Positions 50,526-59,011 of a DNA stretch of 64,000 nt are shown here, piece after piece. The translations under genes were made by a program, and so were the position numbers. Numbering within the stretch: the stretch's first letter is position 1; the number at the start of each line of letters is the position of its first letter. The notes under the pieces were generated by a model. It saw only the letters and a list, made by a program, of their open reading frames with translations, did no database searches and was not told the origin of the DNA. The stretch is from a virus: the IMG/VR virus record IMGVR_UViG_3300042453_003743, positions 32,001 through 96,000 of that record; one strand, written 5' to 3'.

Positions 50526-50774
50526 TTAGTCCCATTTCGATTCCCCCGTCGCTATGATGCGGTCCACCAGTTCGTCGGTGGTCATCTGCCAATCGGCAGC
50601 GAGGTCTTCCTGCTCAATGTAGAACCAGTCTGAGCCTTCCGCCTCTTCGCGGGAATCGTAGTAGTGGGCCATTTCCGTGGCACAGTCCTCGCACACATCA
50701 TCGAACGAATCGAGAATGAGAACGCCGCAGGCGCGGCACTGGGTGGGGTTGTCAGCCGGGGTGGTGTTGCACAT
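50526..50774 (-). CDS. Acidic Zn-ribbon protein (early, leaderless)
   Basis: CRAC...CEDC; TTGACA-17-TATACT-6-ATG; terminator at 50480-50507. Confidence 0.75.
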   Translation of the reverse strand: MCNTTPADNPTQCRACGVLILDSFDDVCEDCATEMAHYYDSREEAEGSDWFYIEQEDLAADWQMTTDELVDRIIATGESKWD

Positions 50775-50928
50775 GACCGTAGTATACACTAGCCCCTCTG
50801 CGGTGTCAAGAGGCTAGGTGAAGTTTTTACACCTACATGCAAAGTCCACCAAGTAGATTCTACCATGGCATGGGCAAAATGTCAACCCCCCACCCCCGGA
50901 GGGGCGAGGGGTTGATGCGGTATGCCGA

Positions 50929-51225
50929 TTACCGCATGGGGTTGACGATGATTCCTTCGACCGCTTCGATGCGCTCCTCCTTGCAGGAGCGCCAGTCCTG
51001 CACATTGAAGTCCCAGTAGCACACCATGTTCGGCGGCATCCTGCGGTTTGCGCCCTTCGCAAGCCGATCAGCGGGGATCAGCGTTTCGTCGGTGGTGCCG
51101 ATTGCGACACGCGGCGTACCATCCAACTTGCGGTAGACGAACCGAACGATGCCGACACGCATGGCCGTGCGGGCGTTGTACGAGGCTTCGGACTTGTGAC
51201 TGACGATGTTGACGAGTGGTGTCAT
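50929..51225 (-). CDS. WYL-like SH3 domain protein (early, leaderless)
   Basis: VRFVYRKLDGTPRVAIGT...YWDFNVQDWRSC; TTGACA-17-TATCAT-6-ATG. Confidence 0.8.
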   Translation of the reverse strand: MTPLVNIVSHKSEASYNARTAMRVGIVRFVYRKLDGTPRVAIGTTDETLIPADRLAKGANRRMPPNMVCYWDFNVQDWRSCKEERIEAVEGIIVNPMR

Positions 51226-51467
51226 GCCTGCATGATAGCACAAGCGTTCTAGCGTGTCAAGTGACTTCTGACTCTTTCTGCGGGGGCTAGACTTGACAAA
51301 GCGAAAGTGTTGTGGTACAATCTACTTGGTTGAATAAAATAAAAACTTGTTGTGAGTCCGATAACCAAGGGTGCGCCCATGCCCTTGACAGCGGTGGAGG
51401 GGTGTGGTAAACTCGGCGCATCGGGCCGTGTGGCCCTACTCACCACCTCTCTCTAGGAGAACGACAG

Positions 51468-51860
51468 ATGACCTGCACCACCCCCTGCCTCCCCGGTTTT
51501 GAGTCCATCCTCGCCGCCTCCCCGGCCCCCGTCAACTCCGCCGCCACGACCCGTCGCCGTGGCCGCTCCGGCCCCCGGGGCGTCCTCTACACCGTCTCCA
51601 CGGAGGAGTCGGCCCTCGGGCCTTGGGTCCACCGTGAGATCAGCGCGCAAGTGTGGCCCAACGGACGGGGCCAGCGTGTTGCCCGCATTCGGATGCAGGC
51701 CAACGCCTCGGACAGGATCGGCTACTCCTTCGGCATGGTCACCGTGACCGACACCAACGGTACGCCCATCTGCATCGGCATGGACAAGGAGCAGATGCGG
51801 TCGGTCGGTGCCGCCCTCCTCGCCGCAGCGAACTCCGCCCGCGCCAAGTGGCGCAAGTGA
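51468..51860 (+). CDS. Hypothetical early protein
   Basis: AGGAGA Shine-Dalgarno; promoter TTGACA(51385)-17-TAAACT. Confidence 0.75.
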   Translation: MTCTTPCLPGFESILAASPAPVNSAATTRRRGRSGPRGVLYTVSTEESALGPWVHREISAQVWPNGRGQRVARIRMQANASDRIGYSFGMVTVTDTNGTPICIGMDKEQMRSVGAALLAAANSARAKWRK

Positions 51861-51935
51861 GGACCGGACAGAGAGGGGAGGGGTCGCATGACCCCTCCCC
51901 TTGACACTCGCACCACCATCGGATACAATACGCCC

Positions 51936-52118
51936 ATGAAGAACAGCACCACCGAACTCCGCTTCCTCTCCGCCATGCTCTGGCTCTCATCCTTCGCGGG
52001 CACCGCGCTCTGCGTGAACTGGGCGATGGATGGGCACTACCTCCTGTCCGCTTTCACAGGTCTACTGGTTCTGGGCTGCGGATGCCTGATCGCCCATGTT
52101 CACTACCTGCGGAAATAA
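51936..52118 (+). CDS. Small two-helix membrane protein (leaderless)
   Basis: Two hydrophobic segments; TTGACA(51901)-17-TACAAT-6-ATG. Confidence 0.75.
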   Translation: MKNSTTELRFLSAMLWLSSFAGTALCVNWAMDGHYLLSAFTGLLVLGCGCLIAHVHYLRK

Positions 52119-52168
52119 ATCTTCCGGCATCACTTGACACTCGCACCACCAACGGATACAATACACCC

Positions 52169-52447
52169 ATGAAGCGCACCACCACCAAAGACCTGATTGA
52201 TTCCATCCGCACCCTCAACCGCGAGTTGGGCTTCCCCGATGATGGAGGCACCGCCCTGGGCCTCGGTTCGATTCCCGGTTCGTTCTGCCTCTCGGGAGCC
52301 TACGGAGGCTGGCAGATTCAGCGATTCGTCGGACAGGGTTTGGAGTCCGTCACCACCGGATACCGCCCAAAGCGGCAAGTCCGGGAACTAGTAGAGGCAA
52401 TGGTGCAGGGTGTGCGCCTGCACCGCGCCTACCAGATGATCGCATAA
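52169..52447 (+). CDS. Hypothetical early protein (leaderless)
   Basis: LSGAYGGWQI motif; TTGACA(52134)-17-TACAAT-6-ATG. Confidence 0.8.
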   Translation: MKRTTTKDLIDSIRTLNRELGFPDDGGTALGLGSIPGSFCLSGAYGGWQIQRFVGQGLESVTTGYRPKRQVRELVEAMVQGVRLHRAYQMIA

Positions 52448-52560
52448 CGAGGTGGTGCTCGTCAACCGAAGAGGCTAACGCCCTGCCCCGGATGTTCCGG
52501 GGCTAGGTTTTTTTATTGGCAGTTGACACCTGCAAACGCCCGTGGTACAATCTACTTGGT
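52445..52560 (+). repeat. Hairpin-terminator-promoter module, copy 1
   Basis: TAACGAGGTGGTGCTCGTCAACCGAA...CCCTGCCCCG..CGGGGCTAGGTTTTTTTATTGGCA.TTGACA...CTACTTGGT; repeated at 53840. Confidence 0.9.
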
Positions 52561-52713
52561 TCACAAATGTATTGTTATTCTCTTTTTCCCACAGCCGACC
52601 AAGTATATTCTACCATGAGGGTATTGCGGTGTCAAGTCGAGTTATCGGTCTGTGTATAACTTTGATTGTTGGGGTCACTTGACACCGTGGCGCGGGTGTG
52701 GTATCATCATTGC

Positions 52714-53277
52714 ATGAGCACCACTCACACCAACCGTTTCGAAACCGTTCGCACCCTTGCCATCGGCAACTTCATCAACCTACTGACCCGCGCCACGGAG
52801 GCCGATCACCAAGCCGCCAGCGCATGGTACAATGACGCGCAGGCGTTCGCTAACTCGCTCCGCCCCATCACCGGATGGAACCTTGAGGTGGCCGCTAGCG
52901 TCGTGTCAGCCTTCTCGCCCCGCGTCACTTGGGGCCACAACAAGGCGAAGGCGCTCCAGTATGCGCAGGGCATCACGCCGAAGGGGCTGGGCTCCCATGT
53001 CGCTGCGGCGGATCGCTGCGTGGCGGACGGGTTCAACGGGCTGCGCGGGCTCAAGACGAACGCATTCGCCCGTGCCATTGCCGGGGACACGCAGGCCGTC
53101 GTGGTGGATGTGTGGATGTGCCGTGCTGCGGGGCTCGGGAAGGACGCTCCGAACAAGACGGAATATCGGGCAATCGCGGACGCGATCCGCACCATCGCAT
53201 CCACGCGGGTCGTGAACATGGAACCCGCCACGCTTCAGGCTCTCCTGTGGATCATCATCCGGGGGAAGGCGGAGTAA
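52714..53277 (+). CDS. HhH-glycosylase-like phage protein (DUF7178-type motifs), early
   Basis: AWYNDA, SAFSPRVTWGHN, KTNAFARAI, VVVDVW, PATLQALLW; leaderless promoter at 52679. Confidence 0.8.
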   Translation: MSTTHTNRFETVRTLAIGNFINLLTRATEADHQAASAWYNDAQAFANSLRPITGWNLEVAASVVSAFSPRVTWGHNKAKALQYAQGITPKGLGSHVAAADRCVADGFNGLRGLKTNAFARAIAGDTQAVVVDVWMCRAAGLGKDAPNKTEYRAIADAIRTIASTRVVNMEPATLQALLWIIIRGKAE

Positions 53278-53324
53278 TCCGCCACCCCCTTGACAGGCCG
53301 CACCCCATAGAGTATACTACACCC

Positions 53325-53570
53325 ATGACCAACACCACCACCGAAACCCCCATCGACTACAGAACCGACCCCCGTTACAAGTACGCCTTCGCATACGGAG
53401 TCCTCTCGCATTGCATGACCGTCGTTGCCGAACTGGTCGAACGGTCCAAGCGTGAGGGGGAGATGATCGACCCCAACAACCCGGACCTGAAGTGGGCCAT
53501 CACCCAGTTCAAGATCGCAGACGACAATCTCCACACAGACTCCCAGCACACAAGGTACAATACGCCATGA
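53325..53570 (+). CDS. Hypothetical early protein (leaderless)
   Basis: MTNTTTETP...YAFAYGVL; TTGACA(53290)-17-TATACT-6-ATG. Confidence 0.75.
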   Translation: MTNTTTETPIDYRTDPRYKYAFAYGVLSHCMTVVAELVERSKREGEMIDPNNPDLKWAITQFKIADDNLHTDSQHTRYNTP

Positions 53571-53842
53571 GCACCACCAACTGGCACAAGCATTTCGGTT
53601 CCGCTATGGACTCGGATCGAACCGTGGAATGCGTTCAATGCGGTTCTTCCATGATCGGAGATGGCCCTGCACAGCCCGTCATCTGCACCGAATGCTACAA
53701 CCACTCGGGCATCATCCTGCGGGATCGGGTGATCTGCATGGAGTGTGCCTCTGAAGTTCTGGAACACGGAACGCTAGTCACCCCCGACACTCACCCCGAT
53801 GGGTTCACTTGCGCGGATTGTGGGGAAACTTCAACGATCTAA
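53567..53842 (+). CDS. Multi-CxxC Zn-finger protein
   Basis: CVQC, CTEC, CMEC, CADC; ATGA overlap with the upstream gene. Confidence 0.75.
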   Translation: MSTTNWHKHFGSAMDSDRTVECVQCGSSMIGDGPAQPVICTECYNHSGIILRDRVICMECASEVLEHGTLVTPDTHPDGFTCADCGETSTI

Positions 53843-53955
53843 CGAGGTGGTGCTCGTCAACCGAAAAGGATTCGTCCCTGCCCCGATTCGTTCGGGGCTA
53901 GGTTTTTTTATTGGCACTTGACATCGGACAGGATGTATGGTAGAATCTACTTGGT
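53840..53955 (+). repeat. Hairpin-terminator-promoter module, copy 2
   Basis: Near-identical to 52445-52560, with changes confined to loops and the promoter spacer. Confidence 0.9.
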
Positions 53956-54028
53956 GAACAAAACAAAAATGATTTCTCTCATCACGCACCCCCTTGACAC
54001 CCGTGGCCGTTCGTGATACAATGGGTCC

Positions 54029-54394
54029 ATGACACCACTCAACCACATCCCCAACCGAACCGATTCCTGCATCATGCTCATCGAGTCCATCCGCATGGCT
54101 CACTCCGACCTCTCATGCACGAAGGCCAACCCGGAAGAAACCAATGCGGCCCTCGCTTTCTGCGAGATCGCCGTCAGCATCCCCCCGTCGTGGTTCACGC
54201 ATGAGGAGCGCATCATGGTCAAGGAAACCATCGACACGCTCTACGGTGACGCTCTGAAGTTCATCATCGACCTCGACGGAGGACACGTTTCCTTCATCAA
54301 CAAGTGCAACAACCTCTGCCACGGGCGTTCGTTGGAGTCGTTCGTGGATGTGATGATGCGGCAGCACATGGCGGAGTTTGGATCGGTAGCCTGA
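54029..54394 (+). CDS. Hypothetical early protein (leaderless)
   Basis: TTGACA(53994)-17-TACAAT-6-ATG; GC hairpin follows at 54402-54433. Confidence 0.8.
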   Translation: MTPLNHIPNRTDSCIMLIESIRMAHSDLSCTKANPEETNAALAFCEIAVSIPPSWFTHEERIMVKETIDTLYGDALKFIIDLDGGHVSFINKCNNLCHGRSLESFVDVMMRQHMAEFGSVA

Positions 54395-54610
54395 AGGTGA
54401 AGTCCACCCCCCGGCCAACGCCGGGGGGTGGACGGATAGTAGTCACTACTGATAGTAGACCCCCGATAATATTTCAATAATATTTGGGACTTGACACGCC
54501 GGGATGGTCATGATACAATCGTCTTGGACGACATTCAAAACAGAGTCCGATAATAAAAAAGATGGACGAGATGGCTTGACACGGACGGGGTGGCATGGTA
54601 GAATGCCAAC

Positions 54611-54841
54611 ATGAACAACCCCAACAACTACAACGACGACGACGCTGAATACTCCGACCTCATGCCCTACGACGATGCGTTCACCGACGAGGACTTCGTT
54701 CAGGAACTCATTGACGAGGGATACAGCGAGGATGAGGCCCGCCGCATGGTTGGCGAGTACGACGCCAACGAATACTACGGCATTGACGAGGACAACGACC
54801 GGGATGTTCCCGACTTCGTTGACGATGGAGACTTCGAATGA
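54611..54841 (+). CDS. Very acidic small protein (leaderless)
   Basis: About 29 Asp/Glu in 76 aa; TTGACA(54576)-17-TAGAAT-6-ATG. Confidence 0.8.
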   Translation: MNNPNNYNDDDAEYSDLMPYDDAFTDEDFVQELIDEGYSEDEARRMVGEYDANEYYGIDEDNDRDVPDFVDDGDFE

Positions 54842-55212
54842 ATGTAAGAATCATTCGGAGCGACAGGCCGACCACCAGCAAAAGGTGGGTCAAAAGACGA
54901 ATCAACGAAACCCTTCGGGGAATCTTCTTTGCATCAGCCGTCATCAGCACGAAGGACTCTGGAAAGAGTTGTAATGGAATGTCAGTAGACATTCACCCTT
55001 TCCCGACCGGAACGATCATTTTCGATGTCCAACTGGGAACGGACTGGACCCGAAAGGGAGTTGAAGCATTCTTGCGCTACATGGAGCAGTCGAACGGTGT
55101 AGTGAGCGTGACCTTGACAACCACAACCGACTCTGATACAATCCACCCATGCGAAAGCCACCCAACCACCGACCCGACCGACCGACCACTTGCGACTTCA
55201 GCGACTTGCTGA
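54838..55212 (+). CDS. Hypothetical protein
   Basis: ATGA overlap with the upstream gene; its 3' end overlaps the next promoter and gene. Confidence 0.5.
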   Translation: MNVRIIRSDRPTTSKRWVKRRINETLRGIFFASAVISTKDSGKSCNGMSVDIHPFPTGTIIFDVQLGTDWTRKGVEAFLRYMEQSNGVVSVTLTTTTDSDTIHPCESHPTTDPTDRPLATSATC

Positions 55213-55391
55213 ACGAGGTCGCCAAGTTCACCGAAACCAACCCCCTGTGGTTTGAGAACCCGGAGGACTTGGCGCGAATGGCAAGAGCCTACGGCATCAT
55301 CACGATGATGAGTGGACCGGATTCATGCACGGAGGATGAGTGCGAATACATCCTCAACCTTCACCGCACCCTTCAGGAGAACCACAAGTGA
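55149..55391 (+). CDS. Hypothetical early protein (leaderless)
   Basis: TTGACA(55114)-17-TACAAT-6-ATG. Confidence 0.75.
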   Translation: MRKPPNHRPDRPTTCDFSDLLNEVAKFTETNPLWFENPEDLARMARAYGIITMMSGPDSCTEDECEYILNLHRTLQENHK

Positions 55392-55756
55392 ACCCCACCA
55401 ACAAGTTTGACGGATTCTTCAGCGGGAACGGAGAAATCCCGCAGAATGTGGAGATGCGACCCCCCACGGTGCCGATGATGGTTCACACCCTCATCGTCCT
55501 GACCGGAACCACGCCGGAGTGGTACAAGAACGAGAAGAACCGCATCATTGCCTGCTCGTTCTTGGAGGCCATTGCCGATGGGGTCAAGGAGTTCAGGGAC
55601 GGGAAGGAGAAGGATTCTCCGATCTCCCTCTCCGAAGCCGCGTTCCTGATGATGACCTCCGAGATTCTGTTCGCCACGCAGCAGTTCGCCTCCGACGAGG
55701 AGCGCGAGCGTTGGCCTGACCGACCGGACACCGTGAGCGACGAGGACGAGGAGTGA
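55388..55756 (+). CDS. Hypothetical protein
   Basis: GTGA overlap start with upstream AGGAG. Confidence 0.7.
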   Translation: MNPTNKFDGFFSGNGEIPQNVEMRPPTVPMMVHTLIVLTGTTPEWYKNEKNRIIACSFLEAIADGVKEFRDGKEKDSPISLSEAAFLMMTSEILFATQQFASDEERERWPDRPDTVSDEDEE

Positions 55757-55794
55757 CTTGACAACCCGCGCCCATCGGGTACAATGGGCATCCC

Positions 55795-55867
55795 GCCTCT
55801 GTAGCGCAGTTGGTAGCGCAGTTGACTTTTAATCAATTGGTCGTGGGTTCGAACCCCACCGGAGGCA
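55795..55867 (+). tRNA. tRNA-Lys(UUU)
   Basis: Acceptor GCCTCTG/CGGAGGC, anticodon loop CTTTTAA, GGTTCGAAC T-arm; own promoter at 55758; CCA not encoded. Confidence 0.95.
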
Positions 55868-55869
55868 TT

Positions 55870-56136
55870 ATGAAAGACAACGAAATCCTAATTCACGCAC
55901 TCACGGAGTCAGACAAACTGCAAATAATTTTTGCAGAACTCATGGAGTTTTGGTTGGAGGGAAAGGAACCTCCCACTTGGTTGGTTGATCAGTACTACGA
56001 CCAACTGGAAGAAGTTCAGGTGGCTTTCAGCGCCGACAAGTTGCATGAGGTCGTGGCGCAGAAGAACCGAGACTTCTACGACGACCTTCAAAATAAACTT
56101 GAAGGCTTGCTTGACAACACCCCGGACTTGTTCTAG
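55870..56136 (+). CDS. Hypothetical acidic protein between tRNAs
   Basis: MKDNEILI...; the tRNA 3' end GGAGG serves as a Shine-Dalgarno. Confidence 0.65.
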   Translation: MKDNEILIHALTESDKLQIIFAELMEFWLEGKEPPTWLVDQYYDQLEEVQVAFSADKLHEVVAQKNRDFYDDLQNKLEGLLDNTPDLF

Positions 56137-56147
56137 AATGGGGTCAC

Positions 56148-56220
56148 GGCACGGTAGACCAACGGCAGAGTCAATTGACTCAAAATCAATAAAGTGTGGG
56201 TTCGAATCCCACCCGTGCTA
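56148..56220 (+). tRNA. tRNA-Leu(CAA), short variable loop
   Basis: Acceptor GGCACGG/CCGTGCT, stem ATTGA/TCAAT, loop CTCAAAA, GGTTCGAATCC, A73; promoter at 56111. Confidence 0.88.
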
Positions 56221-56325
56221 CTAAAATAGAGGCGGATCTTCTTCAAGACCGTCCAAGTTGAGAAGGTGAAAGTCTGACGAGTCCGATTCTTTGTAATCGT
56301 AGTGCAGTAAAGTAGCCTTCGACTT

Positions 56326-56399
56326 GTTCCCGTAGCCCAGTTGGATAGAGCAGCCGCCTTCTAAGCGGCAGGTCGCTGGTTCGAATCCAGCCGGGAACG
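56326..56399 (+). tRNA. tRNA-Arg(UCU)
   Basis: Acceptor GTTCCCG/CGGGAAC, stem GCCGC/GCGGC, loop CTTCTAA, GGTTCGAATCC. Confidence 0.96.
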
Positions 56400-56541
56400 C
56401 TTGACAAGAAAGGAAACGGTGCTACAATGCTGTACATGAACACCCCAAAGAGTATATTATAAGTTTTGGCGGTGGTTCAAACAAACCGCATAGAGGCAAC
56501 CTACGGTTGCACGGTTCGCAGAGCCGTACAACTCTGCATAC

Positions 56542-56617
56542 GGAAGGGTGGCTGAATCGTAGTTAGAGCGCATGCCTTATAAGCGTGAATATGTGGGTGC
56601 AACTCCCGCCCCTTCCA
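56542..56617 (+). tRNA. tRNA-Ile(UAU)
   Basis: Acceptor GGAAGGG/CCCTTCC, stem CATGC/GCGTG, loop CTTATAA, variant T-loop TGCAACT, A73. Confidence 0.85.
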
Positions 56618-56640
56618 CTTCCCCCAACCAAAGGAACGAG

Positions 56641-56847
56641 ATGGATCTCAACAAGATCAGAGAGTGCTTGACAACGTTGGAAGACTTCGCCGCCATTCTT
56701 GATGATGGCATGGCTCCTGTCACGCAGGAGGAGATCGAAATCATGGCAGAGGAACTTCCCAAGATCATCTCCACTCTCAAGAAGGAAACCGATGTCAGCA
56801 CGGGCACCGATATGTACGTCAAGTACAGCGGCTTCTGTGACGGCTAA
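56641..56847 (+). CDS. Hypothetical protein
   Basis: MDLNKIRE..., AAGGAA Shine-Dalgarno. Confidence 0.7.
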   Translation: MDLNKIRECLTTLEDFAAILDDGMAPVTQEEIEIMAEELPKIISTLKKETDVSTGTDMYVKYSGFCDG

Positions 56848-56898
56848 AAGTTTTTGTTTTTTGCTTGACAACCCCCAACCACAAGGTACAATAGACAC

Positions 56899-57180
56899 AT
56901 GAACTTCGACTTCAACAACATCGCCCTGATCGCCCTCTCGCTCTTTGCCGGATACTTCGGCCTCGCCTACATGAAGGCCCGCTTTGAGGACAGGATGCGC
57001 GCCTACACGCAGCGCATGGATGATCTTCAGACTTGGTTCGACCGTGAGAACGAGCGCATCATGGATCGGATTCGGACTCTTGATGTCCGCGTGAATGATC
57101 TCCGTTTCAACTACGAGACTCACGCCGAATGCAAGAGCAAGTACCCGGCGGAGAAGAACTACTACAACACGGAAGTCTAA
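56899..57180 (+). CDS. Membrane-anchored coiled-coil protein (leaderless)
   Basis: N-terminal hydrophobic helix, then heptads; TTGACA(56865)-16-TACAAT-6-ATG. Confidence 0.8.
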   Translation: MNFDFNNIALIALSLFAGYFGLAYMKARFEDRMRAYTQRMDDLQTWFDRENERIMDRIRTLDVRVNDLRFNYETHAECKSKYPAEKNYYNTEV

Positions 57181-57206
57181 ATCCGCTCTAGACTTCCTCT
57201 CATACC

Positions 57207-57237
57207 AGAGAGCCCCGCAATGGGCTCTCTGTTTTTA
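57207..57237 (+). terminator. Intrinsic terminator
   Basis: CAGAGAGCCC-CGCAAT-GGGCTCTCTG-TTTTT. Confidence 0.85.
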
Positions 57238-57423
57238 TTTTGACAGTAATCTACTGATAGTAGTTTTGGATCGGATAGTAGTCCGATAACTAGGCGGCAC
57301 TCGGCTTGACAAGTGGAAGGTGATGTGGTACAATCATATTGGTGGACAATATAAAAATGGATATTTCAAAATATTTGCGATAGGGTACTTGACACCCCAA
57401 AAAGATTGTGGTACAATGTTCGC

Positions 57424-58695
57424 ATGAACAGCAACATCGACCGCCGCAAGCAGAAGTTCCTCAAGGCTCTCACCGACCTGTACGGAGTCCCATCCTCCAT
57501 CGGTGAGGCACGGTACACCCGTGAGCAGTGCATCAACGCCTTCCACAACACTTACAAGGTGTCGCCCAACGACAACTACAGCACCCTCCCGGCTTGGATC
57601 GTGCAAGACAAGTCCCGTCGCCTTGGCCGGGGACTCTACAACATTCCCGAAACGGTTGTCCTGACCGACGCCATCGAACCCGAAAATGTTTACGAAACTT
57701 CAGGACAGGATTTGACACCACAGGAAACTTGTGGTAGAATGGAAACCATGAACAGCAGCAACTACAACCTCGTCATGCCGTCCAACGATGTTTCCCTCGT
57801 CCCCGTCAAGAACGAAACTTTCGTTCCGTGGGGACACTACGAGGACATCAATGCCATCCTCGCCTCCAAGCAGTTCGCTCCGGTCTACATCACGGGTCTG
57901 TCGGGCAACGGCAAGACCACGATGATCGAACAGGTCTGCGCGAACACCGGACGGGAGTGCATCCGTGTCAACATCACCGCCGAAACCGACGAGGATGACC
58001 TGATCGGTGGGTTCCGCCTCATCAACGGCGAAACCAAGTTCGTGTTCGGTGGAGTCGTGCAGGCCATGCAGCGTGGCGCAATCCTCCTGTTGGACGAGAT
58101 CGACTTGGGAACGGAGCGCATGATGTGCCTTCAGCCCGTGCTTGAGGGCAAGGGTGTCTACATCAAGAAGATCGGAATGTTCGTCAAGCCCGCTCCCGGC
58201 TTCAATGTGGTCGCCACCGCCAACACGAAGGGCAAGGGCGAGTCTGATCGGTTCGTCGGCACCCGCTGCATGAACGAGGCGTTCCTTGACCGCTTCTCCT
58301 ACTGGTTTGAGCAGGAGTACGCTGATAGGGTGGTGGAGGCCCGCATCATCATCCGCAAGATGAAGGCGTATGGCAAGGAGGACAAGGACTTCGCGCAGTA
58401 CCTCGTCAAGTGGGCGGAAACGATCCGCTTGGGCTTCAAGGAGGGCGGCTTGGATGACATCATCACGACCCGTCGCTTGGAGGAGGTCTGCAAGGCGTTC
58501 GCCATCTTCAACGACAAGGAGAAGGCGATCAAGTTGACTCTCACCCGGTTCGACCCGGCTACGCAGGAGGCGTTCTACAACCTCTACACCAAGATCGACC
58601 CGACCATCCTTCCGCCTGTGGACGGGATGGACAAGGAGAAGCAGGCCGTTCCCGCTCCCTCCCCGTCTGACACCAACTACGCAATCAACGCCTAA
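57424..58695 (+). CDS. MoxR/CobS-type AAA+ ATPase
   Basis: GLSGNGKT, ETDEDDLIGG, LLLDEID, ATANTKGKG, NEAFLDRF, ITTRRL; matches the 'cobS' family of T4-like phages. Confidence 0.93.
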   Translation: MNSNIDRRKQKFLKALTDLYGVPSSIGEARYTREQCINAFHNTYKVSPNDNYSTLPAWIVQDKSRRLGRGLYNIPETVVLTDAIEPENVYETSGQDLTPQETCGRMETMNSSNYNLVMPSNDVSLVPVKNETFVPWGHYEDINAILASKQFAPVYITGLSGNGKTTMIEQVCANTGRECIRVNITAETDEDDLIGGFRLINGETKFVFGGVVQAMQRGAILLLDEIDLGTERMMCLQPVLEGKGVYIKKIGMFVKPAPGFNVVATANTKGKGESDRFVGTRCMNEAFLDRFSYWFEQEYADRVVEARIIIRKMKAYGKEDKDFAQYLVKWAETIRLGFKEGGLDDIITTRRLEEVCKAFAIFNDKEKAIKLTLTRFDPATQEAFYNLYTKIDPTILPPVDGMDKEKQAVPAPSPSDTNYAINA

Positions 58696-58712
58696 CAAAA
58701 AGGAAAAAGAAA

Positions 58713-58937
58713 ATGCCTTACATGAACAAGCGCAATCGTTTCGTCGCAGCCGCCAAGCAGTACGCGGATGCCAACCTCAACGGCGACTACAGCAACTTCA
58801 AGAAGTCTGACCTCCTCACGGTCGCACAGTCGATCAACATGAAGGGGACTCCGACTTGGGTTGTCAAGGAGTACGCAAGCGCGGTGAGCCGTGGCGTCTA
58901 CGACCTGACGAGCCTGATCGCTCCTGTGACTGTCTGA
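58713..58937 (+). CDS. Small protein resembling the N-terminal domain of the AAA+ ATPase
   Basis: PTWVV.......RGVYDL versus PAWIV.......RGLYNI in the ATPase; AAGGA Shine-Dalgarno. Confidence 0.75.
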   Translation: MPYMNKRNRFVAAAKQYADANLNGDYSNFKKSDLLTVAQSINMKGTPTWVVKEYASAVSRGVYDLTSLIAPVTV

Positions 58938-59011
58938 TGCTGTTCTGATGTGGGGTGGGGCAATCGGCCCCACCCCTTGACAAGACGCACCACCTGTGGT
59001 AGAATACCGAC

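Noticed and set aside
56265-56290. Hammerhead ribozyme (GAAA and CTGACGA present)
   Set aside because: The two core motifs are only 2 nt apart, leaving no room for stems I and III.
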